Shown in pieces: positions 19,864 to 29,238 of a DNA stretch of 64,000 nt; position 1 is the stretch's first letter, and each line of letters opens with the position of its first letter. The notes beneath the pieces are model-generated. The model had not been told where the DNA came from, ran no database searches, and saw nothing but the letters and a program-made list of their open reading frames with translations. The DNA is from an uncultured Alphaproteobacteria bacterium. GTDB lineage: Bacteria > Pseudomonadota > Alphaproteobacteria > UBA7887. Position numbers and translations under genes: made by a program. The DNA lies in contig CACETT010000002.1 of the NCBI GenBank assembly GCA_902562525.1, forward strand, positions 7,564 through 71,563. The letters run 5' to 3'.

Positions 19864-20970
19864 TCAGTGTTTTGCCGCTAGGGTAGGGCCAACCTCTGAG
19901 TTCAAGCTTGTATCTATAGTAATTATAACGGACATACCTGGGACGACGCGTCCCTGCAATGTTGGTGGAAGATCGTAGAGGATACGTACTGGAATACGTT
20001 GGACAACCTTAATAAAATTGCCAGTCGTATTCTGAGGCGGAAGAAGGCTAAACTCGGCTGCACTGGCAGGCGCCATGCTATCTACGTGTCCAATAATGGG
20101 TTCATTTGGAAACGCATCAATCTTCACTAACGCGGACTGGCCTGCCTGGACGTTTTCCAACTGGGTCTCCTTAAAGTTGGCTATAACCCATGTTTGTTTC
20201 AAGGGTACTAAAGACATCATCGGCCACCCTGCTTCCAGGTACATGCCGGACTCCACCTTGCGATTACTAATAATTCCGTCCTGTGGGGCATAAACAATTG
20301 TATCCGAGAGAGCGAGTTCGCTCTTGTCGACAATAGCTTCTGCCTGTTTTGCCTCGGCAAGCAGGCGCTCAACTTCACTTTCCATTCGCCTTATTTCGGT
20401 GTCAATGACGGCAACTTTATCTTTTGCGGCAGCGAGTTCCGCGAGAGCCTGGCTTACCCCAGCCAGAGCCATATCCCGCGCCGTTAGAACTTGTTCGTAT
20501 TTTTGGCGGGTCCCAATTTTCCGTTCAAGGAGTTCTTCATATCGCAGAAACTCCCGTTCTGCATTTTGCGATTTAGCCTCGGCTGCAGTAAGTTGGGCTT
20601 GAGCCTGGGCTATCAGTGACTTCTGAAGCCTCCGTTTTGCTTTCAGATTATCCACATCAGCGAGACCAACCTGAATATCGGCATTTGCAGCACGAAGCTT
20701 AGCCCGTTGCGCGTCCACGGCGGCCTCGTAACCAGCCGGTTTGAAGCTCACCAGCGGCTCACCAGCTTTTACGAAATCATTATTGAGAACGTGAACTTCT
20801 TCTATCTCCCCAGTTACGAGGGCGCTTATTACTGTGACATGACCGCGAATATAGGCATTATCCGTTGTCACAAGGTCCTTATTTAGCTTCCACCAATTAA
20901 GCCCATAGGTGCCTCCGCCGGCGACAGCGACTATAAACACAACACTAAAAAATGCAGTTTTAACTTTCAT
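19864..20970 (-). CDS. HlyD-family membrane fusion protein (EmrA-like)
   Basis: N-terminal TM, TDNAYIRGHVTVISALVTGEI, long coiled-coil, C-terminal beta-barrel segment (GNFIKVVQRIPVRI). No cognate pump gene is adjacent. Confidence 0.85.
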   Translation of the reverse strand: MKVKTAFFSVVFIVAVAGGGTYGLNWWKLNKDLVTTDNAYIRGHVTVISALVTGEIEEVHVLNNDFVKAGEPLVSFKPAGYEAAVDAQRAKLRAANADIQVGLADVDNLKAKRRLQKSLIAQAQAQLTAAEAKSQNAEREFLRYEELLERKIGTRQKYEQVLTARDMALAGVSQALAELAAAKDKVAVIDTEIRRMESEVERLLAEAKQAEAIVDKSELALSDTIVYAPQDGIISNRKVESGMYLEAGWPMMSLVPLKQTWVIANFKETQLENVQAGQSALVKIDAFPNEPIIGHVDSMAPASAAEFSLLPPQNTTGNFIKVVQRIPVRILYDLPPTLQGRVVPGMSVIITIDTSLNSEVGPTLAAKH

Positions 20971-21117
20971 GCCTACTCTAGATTGATCTGAATCAGAAAT
21001 TCCGAGGGCCGCAGTTTAGCGGTTAGCCTCCACGTTTAGAAAAGATATGGGTTTCACGCGGTGACCACAAGGCATCTAGTCGCAACCCAGACCCGCGTTT
21101 CTTGCAGAGCTATAGCC

Positions 21118-21146
21118 ATTATACCAGATGCCTAATAGGATTATAA
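21118..21146 (-). promoter_or_regulatory. Candidate extended -10 promoter upstream of the HlyD-family gene
   Basis: The minus strand reads TTATAA, 17 nt, then TATAAT with TGG immediately upstream (TGGTATAAT, an extended -10 match). It lies about 150 nt upstream of the HlyD ATG. Pattern only. Confidence 0.25.
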
Positions 21147-21407
21147 AAAATTTTCTAATCGTTTGTGACCAAGATATTCAAGGGGATCTAGGTGAGCGTT
21201 GACACGGCAAAAATGGTTAGTGGTTGTGCAGAGGGTGCAGGCTGCCACGAGGGTTAACAGGATTTTTGCCATAAGGTCTTCGGTTCATTGACAATTGACC
21301 CGCTGTTTCTCTGCAAGGCTAAGCTCCTACTAGGAAACGGTGCAAACCAATTTTCGCTTGAGGGGGTTTTGACCAGTATGCACAGTCCACCGAGCGGTTT
21401 TTGATAG

Positions 21408-21483
<76 letters not shown>

Positions 21484-21515
21484 TTTTCTATTAGTCCTTC
21501 CCCCGGCCCTCGTTA

Positions 21516-21839
21516 TTAGTCAGTAGTTTTGCCACCCACCCCAGCCTCTATTACTTCGTTAACATCGCTTTCCACATCATCCTCCACCTGTTCAAGGAGC
21601 TCCTTGTCTTCGGGTTCGTCAGCTACAGGTAATGCTTCATCCCCCTCAAGCCCAATTGAATTCTCAGTGGGTGCGGGTTTCTCAGGGACCACTTTGGGTT
21701 GTGGTTGTGGTGATCCTCGATTGGCTGGTTTAACCTTGGTGCCGCATGACGGACAAGATGGTGGAGATTTCAGCATGTCGTAAAAGATAACACCACAATT
21801 GCTGCAAGCGTGCTTAGTGCCCCATTCATGTTTTGCCAT
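21516..21839 (-). CDS. TIGR02300-like (FYDLN_acid) zinc-ribbon protein with acidic tail
   Basis: MAKHEWGTKHACSNCGVIFYDMLKSPPSCPSCGTKV is a CxxC..CxxC ribbon with an FYD(M/L) motif. It is followed by a Pro-rich then acidic C-terminus. It is divergent from aroA. Confidence 0.7.
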   Translation of the reverse strand: MAKHEWGTKHACSNCGVIFYDMLKSPPSCPSCGTKVKPANRGSPQPQPKVVPEKPAPTENSIGLEGDEALPVADEPEDKELLEQVEDDVESDVNEVIEAGVGGKTTD

Positions 21840-21991
21840 GGCGTGCCTCATTTAGCATGGTACTTATACTTATGCAGCGCCCTTTGCCACGATAACGTGC
21901 TTCTGTCAAAGCAAAAAAGAAATCTATGTTCCAGTCGCAACCACTTGGAAGCTGTGGTAGAGAGAGGTTATCATTCCAAATACAGATACAT

Positions 21992-23332
21992 ATGGCGATG
22001 GGACAAAACGCTGTGACCCCTATTGAAGTATCCTCCAATAACAACTTGTGCGGTGTCCTTTCCGGTTCAGGCGATAAGTCAATTTCCCATAGGGCCTTGA
22101 TAATAGCCGCATTATCGGCTGGATGCAGTCGACTGACAGGGCTTTTAGTGTCAGACGATGTCAGGTGCACTATCGAAGCATTAAGGCAGCTCGGGATCTG
22201 GATTTCTGAATCTAATGGAAATAGTGTTCTTGTTCATGGTGCAGGTATAGGCGGCCTAACGGACCCAGTGGGCCCTTTGAACCTTGGCAATAGTGGGACT
22301 GCTGCGCGCCTACTAATGGGGGTGGTGGCAGGGAATCCAATAACGGCTGTCTTTATTGGTGATGAGTCTCTGAGTGGTCGACCTATGGACCGCGTTGTTA
22401 AGCCCTTAAGCGATATGGGGGCGAGCATCAGCCTTTCTGAAGGTGGCGGGTTGCCCGCCACTGTCAGGGGAAAGAACAGCTTAATTCCTATTGAGTATCA
22501 TCTCCCTGTCGCCTCCGCTCAGGTAAAATCATCTATTTTGCTGGCTGGCCTGCATTGCCCCGGGGTGACGAGCGTTACGGAAGATAGGTTAACACGAGAT
22601 CATACAGAAAACCTGCTTGCAAAATTTGGGGCAGATGTCCAAGTGGAGGCGCTTAATGGTGGACGTCAGGTTTATGTATCAGGTCAGCCCGAATTAATTT
22701 CACAAGATCTAGTGATAGCCGGAGACCCTTCGTCGGCGGCTTTCCCAATTGTTGCGGCGCTTCTAACGAAAAATTCAGAAGTTTGTGTGAAGGGGGTTGG
22801 AGTTAATAGGAGCCGTATGGGGTTATTTGATTGTCTCAAAGAAATGGGGGCGGATCTTCAGATTATCTCGCGTGGGGCAGCTGGGGGGGAGCCGATCGCA
22901 GATATAACGGCACGGACTTCAGCGCTCAAGGGCATCAATGTCGCGGCAGATCGGGCTCCTAGCATGATTGATGAGTATCCAATCTTAGCTATGGCTGCCG
23001 CCTGCGCTGATGGAGTTACTGTGATGCAGGGCTTGGGGGAGCTCCGAGTCAAAGAAAGCAATCGTTTTACCTCAATTGTTGAGGGCTTAACCAAATGTGG
23101 TGTAAAGGTTGAAGAGAAGGGAAATGTCATGACCATTGTTGGTGGCGGAGGTCGGGCTAGGTGGCGCGATATGCCGAAGATCCGCACTCACGGGGACCAT
23201 AGAATTGCAATGGCTTTCTTTGTCATGGGGCTCACTTGCCCACAACCAATAATGATAGATGATATGTCTATGGTGGCGACAAGTTATCCTGGGTTTACCG
23301 ACGATATGGCCCTTTTAGGCGTCCGGTTGTGA
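21992..23332 (+). CDS. aroA: 3-phosphoshikimate 1-carboxyvinyltransferase (EPSP synthase)
   Basis: GDKSISHRALIIAAL, LGNSGTAARLLMG, DHRIAMAF. I prefer ATG 21992 to the track start 21926. Confidence 0.95.
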   Translation: MAMGQNAVTPIEVSSNNNLCGVLSGSGDKSISHRALIIAALSAGCSRLTGLLVSDDVRCTIEALRQLGIWISESNGNSVLVHGAGIGGLTDPVGPLNLGNSGTAARLLMGVVAGNPITAVFIGDESLSGRPMDRVVKPLSDMGASISLSEGGGLPATVRGKNSLIPIEYHLPVASAQVKSSILLAGLHCPGVTSVTEDRLTRDHTENLLAKFGADVQVEALNGGRQVYVSGQPELISQDLVIAGDPSSAAFPIVAALLTKNSEVCVKGVGVNRSRMGLFDCLKEMGADLQIISRGAAGGEPIADITARTSALKGINVAADRAPSMIDEYPILAMAAACADGVTVMQGLGELRVKESNRFTSIVEGLTKCGVKVEEKGNVMTIVGGGGRARWRDMPKIRTHGDHRIAMAFFVMGLTCPQPIMIDDMSMVATSYPGFTDDMALLGVRL

Positions 23333-23351
23333 TGGTTGAGAGAGCGGATCT

Positions 23352-23993
23352 ATGATAATCGCAATAGATGGGCCGGCTGCTGCTGGAAAGGGGACTCTTT
23401 CACGCCGCCTCGCTGCGGAGTTCTTTTTGGCCCATTTGGACACAGGTTTATTATACCGTGCCGTGGCTGCCAGGGTGATATCTCTGGATCTGGACCCTCT
23501 AGATGAGAAAGCAGTCTCAGGAGTGGCCAGGAATATCGGTAAGATTAAGGCGGCTGAGGGGGAACTAAGGGAAGAAAAAGTAGGTTTAGTCGCTTCTGTT
23601 ATTGCAACCCAGAAGGAAGTTAGATTAGCCCTTTTGAAATACCAAAGGGAATTTTCTAAGGCTCCGCCCGGCTCAGCGCTTGGAGCTATCTTAGATGGGC
23701 GTGACGTCGGTTCGGTGGTGCTACCAGCTGCGGATGTAAAAATTTTTGTTACAGCGAGCCAAGAAGCCCGTGCGGAACGCCGATATAGGGAGTTGCTTGG
23801 TCGAGGCGTACCAAGTATAAGGTCCAGGGTTCTTCAGGAAATCAGGGAGCGGGATGAGCGGGACTGCCGCCGAAAACTGTCCCCTTTGGTTCCCTCGGAG
23901 GACGCGTTGTTGTTGGATACAACTGAGATGGATGCTGACTCGGCTTTCGAGGCGGCAAAAGCATTTGTGGTTCAGGTGAGTGGAGCTAGGTGA
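23352..23993 (+). CDS. cmk: Cytidylate kinase
   Basis: IIAIDGPAAAGKGTLSRRLA P-loop and DTGLLYR. aroA-cmk-rpsA synteny. Confidence 0.9.
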   Translation: MIIAIDGPAAAGKGTLSRRLAAEFFLAHLDTGLLYRAVAARVISLDLDPLDEKAVSGVARNIGKIKAAEGELREEKVGLVASVIATQKEVRLALLKYQREFSKAPPGSALGAILDGRDVGSVVLPAADVKIFVTASQEARAERRYRELLGRGVPSIRSRVLQEIRERDERDCRRKLSPLVPSEDALLLDTTEMDADSAFEAAKAFVVQVSGAR

Positions 23994-24061
23994 CTAAGTG
24001 CCACAGTATGGGGCACAGGTTCGCAGATATAGGTTAATGAGGTATGGGATAGACAAAGAAG

Positions 24062-25855
24062 ATGAATGATTTACCAACAGACCGTTCTAGTCAAGATTTA
24101 GCGGAAGAGGATTTTGCTGCCCTCTTCGAGGAGTCTTCGATGGCTTCTGAAAAGCTCGAGGGGACCGTTGTAGAGGGCACGGTCATTGCTATAGAGAATG
24201 ATGCGGCGGTGATCGATGTTGGTCTCAAAGCGGAAGGTCGTGTTCCAATACGGGAGTTTGCAGCGCCAGGTGAAAACCCTCAAATCGGGGTCGGCGATAA
24301 GGTTGAAGTCTTTTTAGACCGTATGGAGAACCGAAATGGTGAAGCTGGCCTTAGCAGGGAGCGAGCTAGGCGCGAGGAAGCGTGGGTTTTGCTAGAAAAA
24401 TCCTTTGCTGATACTACCCGGATAGAGGGCACAATCTTTGGTCGGGTTAAAGGTGGGTTTACTGTGGACCTTGGTGGGGTGGTAGCCTTTCTGCCCCAAA
24501 GTCAGGTCGATGTTCGTCCGGTGCGTGATATTTCGCCACTGATGGCAAATAAACAGTCTTTTCAGATCCTCAAGATGGATAGGCGTCGAGGCAATATTGT
24601 GGTGTCCAGACGTGCGGTGATGGAGGAATCTCGTGCCGAGGCAAGAGCAGAACTGCTGTCAGGGTTAAAAGAGGGCCAAGTGCTTGACGGGGTTGTCAAA
24701 AATATTACTGACTATGGAGCCTTTGTTGATCTCGGAGAGGTAGATGGCCTGCTCCACGTCACCGATATCGCTTGGAGGAGAATTAGCCATCCTTCCGAGG
24801 CTCTGACAATTGGGCAGTCTGTAAAGGTGCAGGTGATACGTTTCAATTTAGAAACAGAACGGATTAGCCTTGGCATGAAACAGCTTGAGCAAGATCCGTG
24901 GGATGGGGCGGCAGCAAAGTATCCCGAAGGGGGTAAGTTTACGGGGCGCGTAACGAATATCACGGATTATGGGGCCTTTGTGGAGTTGGAAGCTGGTGTT
25001 GAAGGCTTGGTTCATGTATCTGAAATGAGTTGGACGAAGAAAAACATTCATCCTGGGAAGATTGTATCTACAAGCGAACAGGTTGAGATAATGGTGTTAG
25101 ATGTAGATCCAGAGAAACGCCGCATTAGTTTAGGGCTAAAACAGTGTGAGGCCAATCCTTGGGAGGATATCCTGCAAAAAACCCCCGTGGGAACAATAGT
25201 AGAAGGCGAAATCAAAAATATTACTGAATTTGGCCTTTTCGTTGGAATGGCTGGCGATGTGGACGGGTTAATTCATCTTAGCGATGTTGCCTGGGATAGC
25301 TCTGGGGAAGAGGCTGTTGAACAGTACCAGAAAGGTGATCAAATCAAAGCCCGTGTTCTCGATATCGATGTCGAGAAGGAACGTGTTAGTTTAGGTATCA
25401 AACAATTGACAGAGGATCCATTTGCTGGGGCCGCAGAAACTCTGAAAAAAAATCAGATTGTGACCTGCATGATTTCGAAAGTGACCGAAAGCGGCCTTGA
25501 AGTGAGCCTGACAGACGGTGTGATCGGAAATATTCGACGGGCGGATCTTGCTCGTGACCGGAGTGAGCAGAGGCCTGACCGGTTTTCTGTTGGCGAAAAG
25601 CTGGATGCGAAGATCAGCAATATTGACCAGGGGGGAAGAAGGATTACCCTTTCTGTAAAAGCTCTGGAAATTGAAGAAGAAAAGCGGGCGATGGAGGAAT
25701 ATGGATCTTCCTCTAGTGGGGCTAGTTTAGGGGAAATTCTAGGCGCTGCTATCAGTCAAAAGGAAGAGGAATCCCAAAGCGAGGAAGAAAGTGCTGCAGA
25801 TGAGAGCGGTCCGTCTTCGGAAGTGGGAGATGGTCCTGCATCGGAACGTGAGTAG
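24062..25855 (+). CDS. rpsA: 30S ribosomal protein S1
   Basis: Six consecutive S1 domains (e.g. GVVKNITDYGAFVDLGEVDGLLHVTDIAW, GRVTNITDYGAFVELEAGVEGLVHVSEMSW). Acidic C-terminal tail. Confidence 0.95.
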   Translation: MNDLPTDRSSQDLAEEDFAALFEESSMASEKLEGTVVEGTVIAIENDAAVIDVGLKAEGRVPIREFAAPGENPQIGVGDKVEVFLDRMENRNGEAGLSRERARREEAWVLLEKSFADTTRIEGTIFGRVKGGFTVDLGGVVAFLPQSQVDVRPVRDISPLMANKQSFQILKMDRRRGNIVVSRRAVMEESRAEARAELLSGLKEGQVLDGVVKNITDYGAFVDLGEVDGLLHVTDIAWRRISHPSEALTIGQSVKVQVIRFNLETERISLGMKQLEQDPWDGAAAKYPEGGKFTGRVTNITDYGAFVELEAGVEGLVHVSEMSWTKKNIHPGKIVSTSEQVEIMVLDVDPEKRRISLGLKQCEANPWEDILQKTPVGTIVEGEIKNITEFGLFVGMAGDVDGLIHLSDVAWDSSGEEAVEQYQKGDQIKARVLDIDVEKERVSLGIKQLTEDPFAGAAETLKKNQIVTCMISKVTESGLEVSLTDGVIGNIRRADLARDRSEQRPDRFSVGEKLDAKISNIDQGGRRITLSVKALEIEEEKRAMEEYGSSSSGASLGEILGAAISQKEEESQSEEESAADESGPSSEVGDGPASERE

Positions 25856-26042
25856 CGAGGAAAGCAAATAGGTATTTTTGAAGATATAAGACTAATAGAT
25901 TTTATCTTGGTTTTCCTGGGGCCCCGCGGGCTGGCAAGGTGCAGCGGGGGCTAATTGGGCAGCTTTATGGAACTGCGGGAAAATATAGTTGGGCGGCATC
26001 CATTCATAGGCCTCCGTGCAGTGGATTGGGCTTGAAGGGAAC

Positions 26043-26963
26043 ATGTCACTCTTAACTGATATGGTGGCGGATCGACGACGTCTGCAACGAACGGTGCTTT
26101 TATGGCGTGCCATATCTGCCATTGTTATCGTGCTATTTGTTGGCTCCTTGCTCGGCAAAGAGGGGATGCTTGATCGCGGTGCCTACGTCGGCCTGCTGAC
26201 TGTGGAAGGGGTTATTGTTGACGATAGAAAGCGTGCCAGGGCAATCGACGCTCTTGTAGAAGACACTGACCTAGCTGCCTTAATTGTTTATGTGAACAGC
26301 CCTGGCGGTAGTTCAGCGGCAAGTGAGTCCTTATACAGGTCTCTTCGCCGTCTAGCTGGCGAGAAGCCTGTGGTAACAGTGATGGGTGGTGTGGCTGCTT
26401 CTGGAGGCTACATGGTGGCCTTAGCCGCAGAGCGCATATTTGCTAGGGAAAGTACTGTCACAGGGTCTATTGGTGTTGTCTTGGAGGCGACTAACTTCGT
26501 TGAGCTAATGCGCATGGCTGGAATTGGGCACGAAACTCTGCGAAGCGGTCCTCTCAAGGCCCAGCCGAACCCTCTCGAGCCCATGTCGCCAGCTGGGCGA
26601 GAAATGGGCCAGGGCCTTGTTGAAGATGTCCACCAGATGTTCCGAAAAATTGTTGGTGAGCGGAGGCGTTTGCATGGCGAACGGTTGGACTACATTACTG
26701 ATGGGAGGATATTTAGCGGTACGAGTGCCTATAAGAGTGGTCTTATTGATGCCATTGGAGGTATGACGGAGGCTCGGGCTTGGCTTAAGGAGACGCACGG
26801 AATCTCTGATAAGGAAGCAGAGCGCCAAATAGAGACGGGGCACTCTGCGGGCTTTTCTGAATGGGTTGGTGCCTTTTTGATAGGGGAGTCTGATTTTGTA
26901 GGCAGACTTGCTCTTGACGGGCTTGTTTCGGTTTGGCACCCTTCTGTGAGCTCGGCACCGTAA
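26043..26963 (+). CDS. sppA: Signal peptide peptidase SppA, 36K type (S49)
   Basis: N-terminal TM, VNSPGGSSAASE, AASGGYMVA (catalytic Ser context). Start is ATG 26043 or an upstream alternative at 26016. Confidence 0.85.
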   Translation: MSLLTDMVADRRRLQRTVLLWRAISAIVIVLFVGSLLGKEGMLDRGAYVGLLTVEGVIVDDRKRARAIDALVEDTDLAALIVYVNSPGGSSAASESLYRSLRRLAGEKPVVTVMGGVAASGGYMVALAAERIFARESTVTGSIGVVLEATNFVELMRMAGIGHETLRSGPLKAQPNPLEPMSPAGREMGQGLVEDVHQMFRKIVGERRRLHGERLDYITDGRIFSGTSAYKSGLIDAIGGMTEARAWLKETHGISDKEAERQIETGHSAGFSEWVGAFLIGESDFVGRLALDGLVSVWHPSVSSAP

Positions 26964-27056
26964 GTCTGGCCTTTGACGCTGGTTTGTCCTTGAGCATTTG
27001 ATTTGGTGTTTAGGAGTGCGGTAAAGCACCACGAGGGCCTTTATTGGGAGCAAGAG

Positions 27057-27338
27057 ATGACCAAGTCAGAACTTATCCTCGCGTTGGCTGCAAGTAATCC
27101 GCACTTGTACCAACGAGATGTTGAGCGGATTGTGGCAACTATATTTGAACAGATGTCGGCTGCTCTAGAGAAGGGGGATCGTGTTGAGTTGAGGGGCTTT
27201 GGGGCGTTTTCGACCAAAAGGCGGAGCGCTCGCACAGGACGAAACCCGAGGACTGGGGCGGCTGTCGATGTGCCAGAGAAGGTTGTCCCTTACTTTAAAC
27301 CAGGTAAGGCCCTCCGCAAGCGCCTTAACGATACATAG
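27057..27338 (+). CDS. ihfB: Integration host factor subunit beta
   Basis: [11 protein letters not shown]...[45 protein letters not shown]. The track ORF start at 27003 is an upstream extension. Confidence 0.9.
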   Translation: MTKSELILALAASNPHLYQRDVERIVATIFEQMSAALEKGDRVELRGFGAFSTKRRSARTGRNPRTGAAVDVPEKVVPYFKPGKALRKRLNDT

Positions 27339-27367
27339 CTGCTTGGCTTCTGGTTTACGGAGGGGTT

Positions 27368-27688
27368 TTGGGTTTTGTTCGGATCTTTGAGTATGCAATA
27401 GCATTTTTAGTCTTAGTCGCCCTCGTGGTATTTGCTGTTTCAAACAGGGGGCTGGTGGAGTTAAATTTTTTTCCTTTGGCAGTTGTTATTGAATTGCCCA
27501 TATATTTAGCACTAATTGGCGTTTTGTTTGTCGGAGTTCTGGTAGGCGGAGCTGTAGGTTTTGCCTCCAGCTTTGGAGTTCGGCTTGCTTTGCGTTCGGT
27601 GATCCGTCAAAAAAGATTGTCTGATAAGCAGTTTGTGGCGTCTGCAAAAAACAATGGTGTTTTTCCATCGAGTGACGGGAAAGGTTGA
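27368..27688 (+). CDS. LapA-domain (DUF1049) inner-membrane protein
   Basis: Two TM helices (FLVLVALVVFAVSN; LALIGVLFVGVLVGGAVGF). It sits directly after ihfB, as in many alphaproteobacteria. Confidence 0.6.
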   Translation: MGFVRIFEYAIAFLVLVALVVFAVSNRGLVELNFFPLAVVIELPIYLALIGVLFVGVLVGGAVGFASSFGVRLALRSVIRQKRLSDKQFVASAKNNGVFPSSDGKG

Positions 27689-27730
27689 TCGTGTCGAATT
27701 TTTCTAATTTCCTATTTAGTTGCTGACTTC

Positions 27731-28462
27731 ATGAATAGGAACAGGAATTCTCGTGTTTTTTGTGCAATAGACACGGTGGATATCGATTTGGCTATATCGA
27801 TAGTGGAAGAAGTAAGAGATTATGTTGCCGGGGTGAAGCTAGGTTTGGAGTTTTTTGGTCGGCACGGGCCTAACGGTGTGCGCCGCCTTCTGGAGTCGGG
27901 AGCGTCCGTTTTCCTAGATCTGAAATTTTTTGATATTCCGAATACTGTGGCTGGTGCTGTTACCGCTGTGGCCAGTTGTCGCCCTTCTCTGATCACTCTT
28001 CACGCAGCTGGCGGGGAGGATATGATAAAGGCTGCCGTTGATAGCAACGAAGAATCTGCATTGAAATTAGGCATAGCTCCGCCTGCCCTACTGGGCGTAA
28101 CGGTTCTAACAAGTTTTGGGCAGGAAGACTTAGCTAACATAGGTGTCAAAGGGAGAGTTGATGACCAAGTTTTGCGCCTTGCAGAGCTTTCTGAGAGAAG
28201 TGGTCTTGATGGAGTGGTCTGTTCTGCACACGAACTGCGAAGACTGAGGGGTGTGTGCAGCAGTAATTTTAAGCTCGTTGTGCCGGGCATCCGACCCCAT
28301 GGAGCAGACAGTAATGATCAAAAGCGTATAATGACCCCGTATGAAGCTATAGAGGCCGGGGCCGATTTTTTAGTGATAGGTAGGCCAATCACGAAGGCAT
28401 TGAATATTGAGCACGCAGCTAGGGATATTGCGGGTGAAGTTGAGAAGGCATTGGATACCTGA
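27731..28462 (+). CDS. pyrF: Orotidine 5'-phosphate decarboxylase
   Basis: FCAIDT, FLDLKFFDIPNTV, LVIGRPIT motifs. Confidence 0.9.
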   Translation: MNRNRNSRVFCAIDTVDIDLAISIVEEVRDYVAGVKLGLEFFGRHGPNGVRRLLESGASVFLDLKFFDIPNTVAGAVTAVASCRPSLITLHAAGGEDMIKAAVDSNEESALKLGIAPPALLGVTVLTSFGQEDLANIGVKGRVDDQVLRLAELSERSGLDGVVCSAHELRRLRGVCSSNFKLVVPGIRPHGADSNDQKRIMTPYEAIEAGADFLVIGRPITKALNIEHAARDIAGEVEKALDT

Positions 28463-28464
28463 AA

Positions 28465-29115
28465 ATGATTGGATCGCGTGTAAGTGCTAAAATATGTGGT
28501 TTAAGAACAAAGCAGGACGTTGCGAGCATTGTCAGTTTTGGGGCTCGATATGCAGGGTTTGTTTTTTATGACCCTTCCCCCCGAGCAATTGTTTTGGATG
28601 CGGCAAAAACTTTGGTGAGTCAACTGCCAGAGTATATTGTTCCAGTAGGCGTATTTGTGGACCCTAATGATGATGATTTGGAGCGGGTAAAAAAAAGTCT
28701 GCCCAGCTTGGTCATTCAGCTTCATGGAGCAGAGGAGCCGCACCGTGTTGCTCAGATAAAAAGCAAGTTTAATTGCCAAGTAATTAAGGCGGTGAGGGTG
28801 CAGAGCAGCCGAGACTTGGATGAGGCTAGCGGTTATGAAAAAACCGCCGACATGTTATTGTTCGACGCGAAAGTTGCTGATTTGAATAGTCTTCCGGGAG
28901 GAAACGCTGTAGCATTCGATTGGAATTTGCTAGCAGGTGCTACTTGGTCCTTGCCGTGGGTTTTGTCGGGTGGCCTTACAGTTGAGAATGTTGCTAATGC
29001 AGTGGATGTTACAGGAGCGAAAGTAGTTGACGTTTCTTCAGGAGTTGAAGATGCACCCGGTTTCAAGAGTAGTCATAAGATCGAGGAATTTCTCTCAGTC
29101 ACAAAAATGTTGTAG
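28465..29115 (+). CDS. trpF: Phosphoribosylanthranilate isomerase
   Basis: KICGL, GFVFY..SPR, LSGGL pattern. It precedes trpB-trpA. Confidence 0.85.
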   Translation: MIGSRVSAKICGLRTKQDVASIVSFGARYAGFVFYDPSPRAIVLDAAKTLVSQLPEYIVPVGVFVDPNDDDLERVKKSLPSLVIQLHGAEEPHRVAQIKSKFNCQVIKAVRVQSSRDLDEASGYEKTADMLLFDAKVADLNSLPGGNAVAFDWNLLAGATWSLPWVLSGGLTVENVANAVDVTGAKVVDVSSGVEDAPGFKSSHKIEEFLSVTKML

Positions 29116-29238
29116 GGCTCGACTGTCGGCTAATATGAACGCTATAGTAGGCGCATTCCATCTTTCCCTGAATAATTCCGACCATAAGTGTTGCTATCTT
29201 GGGCTCACTTTTTACCCAGTGGATACATTAACTAAGAC

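Noticed and set aside
25892-26158. 88-aa minus-strand ORF between rpsA and sppA
   Set aside because: It overlaps the sppA start antisense and is not protein-like.
26505-27053. 182-aa minus-strand ORF
   Set aside because: It is antisense to sppA and the ihfB upstream region. The sequence is Arg/Pro-rich and looks like junk.
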